DNA of 64,000 nt from Trichosphaerium sp. ATCC 40318. Lineage: Eukaryota; Protista; Tubulinea. Positions 26,104 through 38,959 of the stretch are shown piece by piece. Each line of letters begins with the position of its first letter. Position 1 is the first letter of the stretch. The notes below the pieces were generated by a model. That model was not told the origin of the DNA. It ran no database searches and saw nothing but the letters and a program-made list of their open reading frames with translations. Made by a program: the position numbers and the translations under genes. Location of the stretch: assembly GCA_038496445.1 (NCBI GenBank), contig JALMLS010000354.1, forward strand, positions 248,001 to 312,000. The letters are read 5' to 3'.

Positions 26104-28237
26104 TCATGAGTCATCATCGTCGTCGTCATCTTCATCAAGAAGAGCAAACGCTGACACACTATCACTTGCAACATTCTTCAAATTAAGGGCTTCAAGAATA
26201 TTTGGAAACATTGTCTCTACTGCATCTGGAAGACTATTTTCAGAGGGACCAAGTAAGTTATCAATATCCATATGATCAACTTCTTCTATTTTATCGTTCT
26301 CATCTTCATCGTCATTTTCATCATCACCATCATCCCCATTATAATCTCCATCATCATCACTGTCTCTGGCAGTCTCTGGTAGACCTTCTAGCATTTGATC
26401 TAATCGTTCTTTCATTGCATCTCTAATTTCCTTCGCCCTTGATCGTGTGAACCAACCACTTGATTTCTAAAGTAGTCAGTATTGTACCGAGTAGATAGCC
26501 AAAACGCAGTCTTCAAGTAAACAGACAAAGGGACTACGCACTATTCTACATTTTTCTTCGTGGTCCTCAAGCAGCTTCTGTACTTTAGCACACTCCACAT
26601 CGTAGTATTGATAACGCGTTTGTGTGCGGTTCGGTGGAACTTGAAAAGTGCGAACCTTTCTCATTAGATCATCTTGGCTCGCACTAGAACACAGTCAAAG
26701 GGTAACTACGCGTGTAATAATAAAAAAAGTGCTGTCAATTCATTGAAAAGAAACTACCACGCACTCTGTTGGGGATTGCTTTAGCTCATCTGCTGCTAGC
26801 TCTGCGACGTTATATTGTACATTTCTTCCTCTTCTCTTTAGAGGAGTAGGATTGGACCCATAGGTAGATACAAGGCCACGTGTACGCTTTGCAGGCACAC
26901 GAAAGTCTATAACTTGATAACTAATGAAGTTTTTAGTTTAAACTTTACAATTTCTAACTCTACAAAATCATCCAGTTTATCTTATACGTACTGACGAGCG
27001 TCTGGAGTGGTTCTAGGATCATATCCGTAACGTAACCAAGTTTTACCCCAAGGACCATTCATAAAATAGTATGCAACATGAGGAAGCATTTTCTGTAAGT
27101 CTTTGGTAAGCTCAGGCTTGACATTTAATTTCAATGTCTCGCGTAGCCAAACTGGACGTTCTGCGAAGAGTTTCTTTAGAGCTACCAATAGTTCTTTTTG
27201 AGTTGATCGAGTAATAGCAGCGAGTACAGGTGGCTCTGTAGGAATCTCTACACAAAAAAAGTTAACACTAAGAGTGTTTTGAACCACTAATACCTGCATC
27301 CCCAGCTTGCAAACGGTATGAAGTCGATCTAGTAGTTTGCTTTGTGCATTCTCTTAAACGAACAACTTCTTCGCCACTTGGAAGAAGCTCTCTTATAGGT
27401 TTAAAATAAGGACTTGGTTGAAAGTAGTAAGGGGACGGCATATCAAGCTTTGAAAAGAAAGGCGGAGGTATATTCATCCCTAAAAAAGTATAATCTTAGA
27501 ACAGAAAGCAGTTGGCGTAGGAATAGCTAACAGCAGAAAAGAAACTATGAATTCCATGTAGACTCAAATTAGTTACGCACCGTATTCTGGTAAATCTGAA
27601 ACTGAATCATTGATCTCTTGGAGAACGTTAGTTCATTGTTGATATTAAAGAATTGAACTTTTATTCAAATTCTGACACTTTCACTTCAAAAAAAAATGTC
27701 AATACAAAATGAGTATGATGTACCTGTTGGCAGTTTTTGTTCATGCTCTAGGAGGGGCTGGTCTATTGGAACCTCACCTTGATACTGAAAGTCTGCCATA
27801 CCTTGTGATGCGTGAGCAAGATACGAATAGTGTTGTAGTCGACTGCTTGCCTTTAAAAACGTATGAAGTTTCAACAGTGCCAACGACTTCGGCGTCAAAT
27901 TTGTCACCATCGCCTGTTTTTGTGACCTTTGCTTCGTTAGCAACTAGTTGAGCATAGTTTGGCGCACTTTTAATAATAAATTTGAAGTGTCTACTCTATC
28001 ACCATACGCAGGGTGTGCATGGTATTCTCCAGGCCTAAAATTTAGCGCTAAGAACTTTTCTCGCTCTTGAAGATGCTACAAAGGTATTAACATTTAGAAT
28101 TCGCGCCTACACACCTCAGATAATTGCTCTGGACCTCCAAGAGTTTCAACAGCTTTATCTACATTTAAAACGCGTCCAGGGTACGTAATACAATAGTACT
28201 TTTTCTGTGGCAAGTCCTTTGGCTCTACGGTTGCCAT
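26104..28237 (-). CDS. GTF3C5: General transcription factor IIIC subunit 5 (Tfc1/tau95)
   Basis: CITYPGRVLNVDKAVETLGG, GMADFQY, IPPPFFS, LFAERPVW, VAYYFMNGPWGKTWLRYGYDPR, acidic C-terminal tail. Confidence 0.88.
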
Positions 28238-28446
28238 ATGACCATAACGTGTGACTCAACAGGTGTAACAAAAGTTAACGAGCTGATTTTTGACCAATTT
28301 TAACGAAAAAAGTTTTCATAAGCCAAAGGTAAAGGATCAAATACGTCAACAATCAACTTGTAACGAAGAGAGTTTTATTTCTATGAGCGTATGTACATCG
28401 CCGATTGTTTATTTTGCGCATGAGGTTGTAAACGACGCAAGGCACA

Positions 28447-29692
<1,246 letters not shown>

Positions 29693-29905
29693 GGTTTTTG
29701 CGGAGCAGTGTAAAGTTTTAAAGTAAAAGTTGCAAGAACTCTGTTGACAATCCAAAATTTTTTAGTTCCTACCTAACTATTCACAACGGTTTCTCCGGCC
29801 AAAAGTGTCAAGTACTTGTTTCTTAATCAAATACACCAGTTCTACAAAAAAAAAGACACCACTATTTATTTACAACTCACAGAAATGGGGATCACGTTTT
29901 ATCCG

Positions 29906-30525
29906 TTACAACATTAATTCATCAAAAATATCACCGTCACTAAATACTTCATCATCAGAAAGCGAACCAAGCTCATCTGAAAACAATTCGTCGTCACAAA
30001 TTACTTCTTCAAAAGCGGCGAACTGATCTACTTCTGGTTCCAGTGGTCGTAGTTTGCTTGGAGGGGTAATTGGAATCTGTTTAGCAGGTCGCATCTTTAT
30101 GATACCGCCGAGCATAGGATCGCGAAGAAGAGATACATTGACGCGTTCTAGAGAAAAGGTGGCGTTAGTTTTTTCTGTTTAAAATTGTAGCAAAGCTTAC
30201 CAACTTCTGGGTCAGCAAACGGTCTGCCATAGTTTTTGTAAGGTGCAATGTCTGGTTCTAAATAAGAACTACGTGTGGTAGTCTTCTGAGGAGCAGCGCG
30301 AAGACGCGTTTTATTTTTTCGAGGGTGTGAGGTGAAAGGTGTATTATTGTTCAATTTGCCTAGCGGTTTACGTTGTGCCAATCTGTTAGACTGCTGGAAG
30401 TTGCTTACATTTCCAAAAGCTCTACGTGGTGGCGCATTCGACGAGAGTGTTTTACGACCGCGTGTAGATTGGATAGTTGTGTTTCTGTTGAGCGTAGGAG
30501 GTGTGTATACATTAAATGAGGTCAT
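29906..30525 (-). CDS. Small disordered protein with D-box-like motifs (securin-like candidate)
   Basis: Two exons; RRAFGNVSN and RKPLGKLNN degron-like motifs, basic N-half, acidic C-half. Confidence 0.55.
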
Positions 30526-30656
30526 TCGGTTGAGTAGTGTAAAAACAACGGTAACTTACCCGCCATTTTTGCCAGCCAAATTCCATTCCTTAATCTAGCC
30601 TAGAATTGACATTTACACCCGCCGTTCTCCAAACTACTGCCTGTTTACGCCACTGT

Positions 30657-32233
30657 ATGCTAGGTTGTAGCTTTAACAACATATTTGGCATTGTTTTGGC
30701 GTGTTTGTTGAGCCTACTAGTAGGCTTACTCATCAACCTTAATAACTCGCATATGAGGGAAATAAAGCCTGTAGAAGACATTGTAGACTTTGTAATAGTG
30801 TCAGACTTGGATAAACGAAGTTATAAAGATGAATGGACGTGGTTTTCAATAGCTAGGGTACGTTAGCGCTAGTAGACGCCATAAATTACAATTCAGACTT
30901 CATTGAACCTAATACTGTACAAAAAGTTTGCAGAGCTCCGTAGAGATAAGAGCGGTAACTATACGATCAAGTGGTGGAAACCTATACACCTTGAGACACA
31001 CACGGGAACAAATAACCGTTCTATGGAGCTAAGCGCAGTAGTATGGTTTAATGATATTTTACTCGCGTTTTGTGATCGAACTGGACTGGTACGTTATCTA
31101 TCAACGCTATTTTTTGAGAATATAGGAAAAAAAATTGACATTTCCGTTTAGGTTTATAGAATTTCACCTGATGGACGTGTTTTCCTTCGTTATGCACTTG
31201 CAGGTATACTTGATCTATTTTTTGGTTCCTTAGAGGTATTTATATGCATGTTGAATAGATGGAGACGGCAAAAAAGTAGAAACATTCAAAGCCGAATGGG
31301 CGACAGTACGTCGCTTTGTAGATAACACTTGATTATTAATTTATTGTGATATATAGGTGAAAGATGATAAACTAGTTGTTGGTTCTATTGGCAAAGAATG
31401 GATAAACGAAGGGGTAACGTGGACTAAGAAATCTTTCTTGGAACTTTCTGTTTCTGATTACCTTCTTAGGAGATTGTTCATTACAACGCTGAGTGGACCA
31501 AAACGATCAACACAAATGGGCATATTGTTAATAGCAACTTTCAGAATGAGTATCATAAGTTAAGGTTAGTGGTGTTTGTCTTGTGTATTGAAGCAAACTT
31601 TGGAGTAGGGACGCTGCTAATGCTTCATATCCAGCTTACTTGAGTCATGAAGCTGCTGAATGGTGGCCAGGTACGTTCCCTATTGCACAGTCTGGTGTTC
31701 TTAATATTTATTGTAGAGAAGCGCAAGTGGCTGTTTCTTCCTCGAAGACGTAGTTATGAGCCGTACACTGTTGCTGGAGATGAGACAAAGGGCACCAATA
31801 TACTGTTAATTGCAGATGAAGACTTTCGCAAAGTCGAAATTGTCACCATTGGAGAAATGGACCCTCACTTTGGATTTACAGATATGCGTCTTATACCTGG
31901 TTAGTATATAAATTTCGGATGATTTCAAACATTAATTTAGTAATGGAGGAATCTAAGAAACGAATCCATTTGTGATTATTCTTATTTTTTTCTTATCGAA
32001 TTTTAGGTACTGACCACATTGTTGCTTTAAAAGTCAAGGAGCTAAAAGGAGAGACAGAGACATTTATTACAATATTTGATACAAAAGGTAAATTTTATTT
32101 GGATCCACCTTTACAAAGAATATCACATGTTAAGTATGAAGGCATTGCGTTTCTACCAACCGGTACGTTAAAAAAACCCCAATTATTTTTATCACCTCTA
32201 CTTACCTTAAAAATAGGGTATTGGCAAAAGTAG
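30657..32233 (+). CDS. Calcium-activated nucleotidase / apyrase (CANT1 family)
   Basis: N-terminal TM anchor; VSDLDKRS, SMELS..FCDRTGLV, FKAEWATVKDDKLVVGSIGKEW, HEAAEW, FLPRR, KYEGIAF. Confidence 0.9.
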
Positions 32234-32529
32234 TAAATACATAACAGTATCTGTACAAATAAAATAAAGAACGTGTAAATAGAACTGACAAATATACACT
32301 GTATTTGAGGCAATAAGAACCGTCTGAACTTTGTAACATAAAGGCTTTTATTTCTTAGTTCAGTAAATTGTAGCAGCACAATAGTAAAAACACAATGATT
32401 TGTGATTGTGGGGGATACAAGTCGAGGCCGTTTATTCCATTGAATTTTGTATTTAATTACTGCTCAGTGCTTGTATTATGAGAGCGAAGCTTGTGTTCAT
32501 ATTGTACTGAACAGAGTCGATTTGATGTA

Positions 32530-32600
32530 CGAGAAAGAGGGGAATCGAACCCCTGGCTCTAGATTGAAGGTCTAGCGAGTTACCCCTACTCCACAATCCC
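32530..32600 (-). tRNA. tRNA-like cloverleaf (anticodon position TTC, atypical C33); probable pseudo- or organelle-derived tRNA
   Basis: GGGATTG TG GAGT AGGGGTA ACTC G CTAGA CCTTCAA TCTAG AGCC AGGGG TTCGATT CCCCT CTTTCTC G: perfect D, anticodon and T stems; two U-U mismatches in acceptor stem. Confidence 0.65.
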
Positions 32601-32833
32601 TGCGTTATATATTAATCCAGCAATGCAAGCCACGCCAATACAAATTCAATATGGATCTTCCATACATTTTATTGAAACTTCATTAAAGTTATTCATTATT
32701 TTCAGAGAGGTTGTTCAACTAACATTGGCTACCATAATAATCTGTGCCAAAAAAATGGTGTTTGCGTCACGTGCACACTGCAATTTAATATCAGCCCTAG
32801 GATTGCTCACCAACAATACCACACCACGAAGTA

Positions 32834-32920
32834 ATTATTTATGAGATAATCGCCTTAACCACTTGGCTACCTCTCTTTTTCTTTTTTAGAGAGGGGAGGA
32901 TTCGAACCGTCCGAAATTAT
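32834..32920 (-). tRNA. tRNA(CAT) halves in inverted order (3' half, 10-nt linker, 5' half): permuted tRNA or tandem tRNA fragments
   Basis: 3' half ATAATTTCGGACGGTTCGAATCCTCC-CCTCTCT-A (32920-32887); linker AAAAAGAAAA; 5' half AGAGAGG-TA-GCCAAGTGGTTAAGGC-G-ATTAT-CTCATAA-ATAAT (32876-32834). Confidence 0.55.
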
Positions 32921-33562
32921 AGTTTTTGGCATGTTGATGAGCTAGCGGGAAGTACACGGTGACTATGCACCACGGAAGAAAGAAAACTTCAAGTGCTTAA
33001 AAAGAGTAGCTGTGATAAAGAAAAAAAAAAGTGGGACTGGTATTTGAGAAAATTATGCGAAAAAGCTAGCGAGAGTTTTGCAGTTACTAACAATTTTGTA
33101 AAAATTACTGTTTTGCAGAAACTAACAAACCCGGTTGTGATGTCTTGTATTAGATACTGTTGTAATCATGGTTGATTAATTGAGTCCTATTTTGGCTTTT
33201 CTTGGAGCAGGCGACTAATCCACTTTGTGGTTTTCTATACAAGCGTCAACGTATTGTAGTTTCTGTTATGTCGGATAACACTAATCCCTCAATCCCAAGA
33301 GGTTATGGGTGGTGGAGGAACACTCGATATCTCTGGCTCAGAACAAGCATGTGTGGTTTATTTATACACGCACGTTCGCGAAATACAAAGAAAATAATAA
33401 TGAAAGTCAGAAAGTGTTACCAGTGGATGTTGCTATCTGAAAAGCTGCTTCAGTCGTTGTTTGATCATTTCGGGTTGTTCAAACGCCTGAAATGTGTCGC
33501 ATGTTCGGACAAAAGTACCATAAGGTCGGGCACAATATTGTCAATACTTATTGTACGTTTCA

Positions 33563-33901
33563 GTTAGGTTGGTCAAAATTAACTCAATGCAGACGAACAT
33601 TTTCCACAAAATATAGACCAAAATCCACTCAAGTGGATTATTTTTATTCCCAGTTTTGGTTTAACACTATTCGAGTATGGGACAGCTAATATAGAGCACT
33701 GTTCGCTTTCGGTCGGGCCCGTCGCTTTGCTCGGGACAAGAACCCGACCTTCGCTCACAAAATGTCATCCATTGGTGGGTATGGCAGCACAGGTTAATAT
33801 GTGCTAGGTACCAAAATCCACTCGAGTGGATTTTAGTGTTTTTCTGGTGGAAAATAGTATGTTTCAACTCAATTCATTTTGGATAAGATTAGTAACCTAA
33901 C
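33563..33901. mobile_element. MITE-like element with degenerate ~80 bp inverted termini
   Basis: Ends GTTAGGTT/AACCTAAC; both arms contain ATTTTCCAC and the palindrome AATCCACTC(A/G)AGTGGATT. Confidence 0.55.
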
Positions 33902-36402
33902 AAGAGATATTTAGATATCTACAATATCTAGATAATCTAGATAATTTCGCCAAAACTAGATAATTCACAAATATCTAGATAATGTAGGGAAACCCAAATT
34001 AGTCAAACATGAAAAGTGTCCTAAAACAGGTAAAGTGTCCCAAATTTTTTTTTTCACAAACAGAGCTCTAACTAATCAAAACGAGGTCGCCGCACACAAA
34101 CAACGTGTTTGATGCGGTAAAATTTTGAGGCTGATGAAATGAGGAGCCTGATATGTCACGGAACCTAGTTTTAAGTGGATAAGGTGCACGCTTATAATTG
34201 TACCAGAATTAACTGCAAAAGAGCACGTGATAACCAACACGTGCAGAGAAATTGAACATTAAAAATTTACTGTTAACGAAAATATAAGAAAAAAAACTTG
34301 AGGGATACTCTTCCAATTGGTACATCTTATGCGTGTGTTCTCTGTATTCATCCTGTAACTTGTGGGTTGTGTGTTCCCCAAAAACAAACCAATACTGAAA
34401 GGAGACATTGATTGCTACTACTCAATAAAAGTTTATCAGATTTCTGTTGTGAAGTGATTCTGTTTCCCAATATTTTCTCTACGCATTGGTGCTATGCTGT
34501 TGACTGTAATACAAAAGAATTAAAACCTACAACTAATTCCAACAATAAATTCAAGCTATTCTCGAAAGAGTACACATTACTTTTTCTTACTAGTATGTTT
34601 TTGCTTTCCCACAAATTTACTCACCAGGTAAGAATATCAACAAAGCAAATGCAATGTGATATTATCTCCACAACCCCTATGGGGAATATCACATTGGATT
34701 TTTTGACCTTGGCTAATTGCAAGGTGCACTTCATTGTTCTCACTGAATCTGCTGAAAAAGTGTCAACGTAAACTGAACCTTTTGAATTTCGCTTTCACAT
34801 GGATGGAATCATCCAATTTTTAGTTTCATGTTACCTCAACTATATCATCAAATACTGGGCAGGAAACAGTATTAAAGTTGATGTTGGTCCATGATATGAA
34901 ATGAACACTTTTTTTGCTCAATATTTTCACTATTCTGCTAGTATTTGATACTTGTTGATCTGCTTGTCTGAAAAAACTTTACCATTTACAACATCTATCC
35001 AGTGAACCTATGATATTGTTGTGGTGTGTGTATGTGATTGGTTTTCAGTAACCTATTTATGGCTGTTCACTAGGCACAACAAGTTGTGAAATAAAATAAT
35101 GTGCAATAGTTAGAGTGAGCATGCTGCGGCTATGACAGAAAGTTTGATTCTTAATTTGAGCGTATATATCGTGCAATATCTATAGATGCGTTCGCTTGGA
35201 TTAATTAAAACGCTTGAAAAGTCTTTGGTGTATGCCTAAACCATTGCAAAGTATTTTTTGAAGAAAAAAAAAAAGAAATGGCTTAAATTCGTTTTTTAAT
35301 ATTTCATGCATACTGACTATAAGTTTGACATCTTTAAATAAGCTGTAGAATATATATTGCGTATGGTACCGCTTATCAATCACTCAAAAAAGTTCTTATG
35401 CAACATGAAGGCTGGGGATGTGTACACCTTTCATGCACTATTTTTTGGCTACGATTCATACACACAAACAAATAGAGATTATAGTTCAGGTACAGAATCA
35501 ATAGGAAATGGGATAGTGTATACATGCAAGCAGAAAAAACCCACCTGGAATATTGAGAACAGTAGGGAGAGTGTATACAATAAAAAATTAAAATTTTATA
35601 ACACAAAGACATTCCCAAAAAAAGGCACCTGAAGCAAGTATACATGTTTTAGGAATGACAATTCTAGGTGTGTATAGCGGTCATCAATACCACATTACAT
35701 TATGCGCATAGTGTTACCTTGGCAGATGATATTAGTAATACATTGGAAATAGGACAAAAGTAGAATATTACGCTAGGAAACAAAGGCTCATCCAAACTAT
35801 CACAATGTAATTGGGTGCGCAACAGTGTTGCTAAAATCGTCCTGAACTGGTAAAAAAATATGATAACCAGCACAACATTAAAAACGGAATTACAAAAAAA
35901 ACTTAGCATTTTTTTCTGGGACACTTTACATGTTTTGGGACACTTTACCTGTTTGACTAAATATTGTAGAACTTTCTTTGTCAAAAATTCGGCACACTAA
36001 TTATCCTATATTATGTCATAGGAGAAAGCCCCCTTTAGGGGTACTAGAGGGTTTTCTACCACCACGGTTTTCAATCACTTGGCACTCGAGGTGCCGTAAT
36101 ACATTGATTGATGGCCAATATCCCTTGAGTGTGTCCCTGTGATTACACATTGATCACTAGACGCAACCTTGTTCTTTAGTTAGTTTTGATTGAATTTGGT
36201 TAGGGCATAGGGGTTATTTATCTAGTATACAAAGTTAAGGCATTCAGGAGTTTTGGGGGGGCAGAGCCTAGCGGCGACTGAGCGCCATAACCCAGTTGTC
36301 TCCCTTTGTGGCGAACAGTTCAATATCACTTCGACATTTTTTCGACATTTTAGTACACATAATGTAAAATATCTAGATATCTCAGATATCTAAACATCTC
36401 TA
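33902..36402. mobile_element. Non-autonomous TIR element, hAT-like ends
   Basis: 32-bp inverted repeats 33903-33934 and 36370-36401 (28/32 identical; right end reads TAGAGATG on the minus strand); subterminal ATCTAGATA repeats; no TSD found. Confidence 0.55.
34000..35959. mobile_element. Nested ~1.96 kb TIR DNA transposon remnant with a possible 3-bp TSD (AAT)
   Basis: 43-bp TIRs 34000-34042 and 35917-35959 (39/43 identical), each with two AAAGTGTCC repeats; AAT on both flanks; no intact transposase ORF. Confidence 0.7.
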
Positions 36403-36408
36403 CACAAG

Positions 36409-38180
36409 ATGAATTATACTAGTTTACTCATGGGTACGCTCCCAATAGTTATAAATATCGTGTTCAAGCAATAATAACTCTTTATTTAAAGTATTTACGT
36501 GTATACTAATCACGTGGGCATACGATACATCTTTTTGGGATAATACAGACGATTTTGGCGTCGTATCAAAAAGTACGACAAAGAAAATTACAGCGTACTT
36601 ATCGTTCTATGATCAGTTTTGGTTACACCCGACCCAAAAGGAGGAAAAAGAGATTTGGAATTTGAAGTCGTTTTTCATACTTTCGAGTCTATCCTCACCT
36701 TTAGATGTATTAAACACAGCCCATACGCACCAGATACAAAGGTACATCTAACGCTTCGAAAACCTCGTAGTACCTTTTTTCGGGCTTTTTTTTTCCCTGC
36801 TCCCGAAATTCTATTGAAATAACAGGCTGAGATGAAATCTTCGCTTTTTGTTGTACTCGCTACTAAATCCTGTCGGAGATTGGTGTCCATGATGGCATTA
36901 ATATTACGTACATAGATGTACCTTCGACCACGTACAAGGGTATTGGAGAGAACCACAGACACTTTAGAATGACATCACACTCTGATGGTACTTTTATTGG
37001 ATTCTTTCAAATGATGACGAATAATGACAACAAGACTGAATGGATTCATTTTGATTCTGTAAACACGTGAGTAACCTCCACTCTTTCAAAAGGGTCTAAT
37101 ACTTTTTTCTAAAGCCACAAACCGTTCATGAGACAACATCATATTGATAAGATTGGAAACGCCAGTCACGTGATGTTAAGGTACTTACCATCCAAGCAAT
37201 ACCTACTTTTTCTAAGTCTGTTTAGAGAAAGTATACCTTCAACAGCTGTAAAACGTGGATTCCCTACAGGTGAAACATTGCCATACTCTCCACCACCTTC
37301 TCCATGCCCAACATCTCTGTATGCATACACCCTTGTACGCTCTACAAACAAATCTAAGAGTGCATTGATTTATGGATGTTTAGAGTTTTGCAGCAACAGT
37401 GGCTTACTTTAAAACACTTGGTAGTATCGAAAAGACAGCAAGTTACATTGCAAACGGTATGAGGAGAATGAATTTAAATCTGTTTTTTTAAACAAGGATT
37501 ATTTTAGTTGTCATGGGTGCCAATGTTTTCTTCGAACAAGACTTGGTACAATAATCCTCACTTTGATATTGGTTAATTTTTTGATTAGAATGTTCACTTG
37601 ACAATACAAAATGGTTTGATATTTACATCTGGAGGTTCGATTACCAATTGTCCGGCCTGTCCTACTAATTAATTGCCAAGGTGCATTTAGTTGGAATCCA
37701 GCAAGCGAATGTGTTATATGCCCCAATGCAGCTTTTAGAATTAACTGGAGAACCGCACTTCCTCAATGTTGTGGGGAATCAGCTGCAGGTGTATTGTTTC
37801 ACAATTGCAAAGAAGAATTTGGTTCTCTTGGCCCTGAAAGGCCTTGTCAAGGTGTACGGGAAAACTAGAATACATTCGTGTACATTAACTTGTGAAACAG
37901 GCAGCAGTGTCAGCCCGCTATGCCAATAGCTGGGTGTCTCGACGAAATCTTGGACACACTCTAGGAAGAGTAATGGGTGTAATTGTAGACACTGATGGTA
38001 TTTTAGGACCAGTACAACCTGGGGAGTATGTTTTTGATGTTACAGGAATAAATGATGACTAACACTTTACGTTCTAGAGGAACAGAACATGATAGGTTTT
38101 CACGTGCCAGTCAAACGTTACTTTGTGAGAAGACTCGAGAATACATTGACAATGCTTGCTTTAATCCGCTTGTCCAATAA
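36409..38180 (+). CDS. Secreted ADAM/reprolysin (M12B)-like pseudo-protease, paralog A
   Basis: Signal peptide, prodomain-like region, basic KR site, ASYIANVVMGANVFFEQDLNVHL, AGVLFHNC, NLGHTLGRVMGVIVD in place of HExxHxxGxxHD, RFSRASQ..C; about 10 introns. Confidence 0.6.
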
Positions 38181-38959
38181 ACTTCTCTTGTAAGAGTATC
38201 TTGTTCCGTCTTGTCTATGGTCCAGTAAATTGCAGGCTACTTTTTACTGTGTGAGTGCTCGACAAGTAGTGGACCTATCACAATGTTATCGAGGATCAGT
38301 TTCCTTGTCATCTTTCATATTGAAACAGAGAACGCTGATTCATACTTAAATTAAAATAGCCCTTGACTCCATGAAGTGCCTTAAAGGCTGCCCTTAAATA
38401 CTACATTTATTTCCCAACAATAACCCTAGTCTACTGTGCGGGCATGAGAAAGAATACACAGATCACATCTCAACAAATGCAACAGGACACAAGCAAAACG
38501 TGACAAGTTAAAGAACAGAATAACGAAGAAACTAAGAAGAGACTTCCCCAGAATGACCAATAACAACAAGAACAAAGAACACTGAGAAGGAAACTGGATA
38601 AATGGAAAGATGCACATACCCTTGATTCAAAGAGGTACCCCGTTGTCAAACTCGGTCGTTTGACCGATGCCGAAACAAACAAAACATAACAATTCAGTAG
38701 ACGATTGCTCTAAAAGAATGCTTCATACACCAACCGAGCCACCGAAGTATGTTTTTCTACACAATTACAGTTCTATTCGTTCAATCCTACGTTTTCCCCT
38801 CCCCCACCCACAGAATGAGCTTACGTTCCATTTCGCTTATAAAATGAGCAGTAAAACACGTGGGAAAAAAAAAGGGTCGAATTTGAATGAATATATAATT
38901 GCCTTTGCGCACGTTGTTTTTCCTTTGTTTTGGCTAACCGTACTCATAGGACATACGAG

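Noticed and set aside
32530-32600. Opal-suppressor/Sec/Trp(UCA) tRNA because the loop contains TTCA
   Set aside because: With the perfect 5-bp stem the central triplet is TTC, not TCA, and there is no long variable arm.
33900-33985. CRISPR-like array from ATCTAGATA repeats
   Set aside because: Repeats are about 9 bp, irregularly spaced and best read as transposon subterminal repeats.
38025-38077. Apparent 4-nt frameshift and premature stop in paralogs A and B relative to C (GINDD* versus GIMTNTLR)
   Set aside because: The indel lies inside a good intron (GTATGT donor, GACTAAC branch site, TTCTAG acceptor); splicing restores the frame in all three copies.
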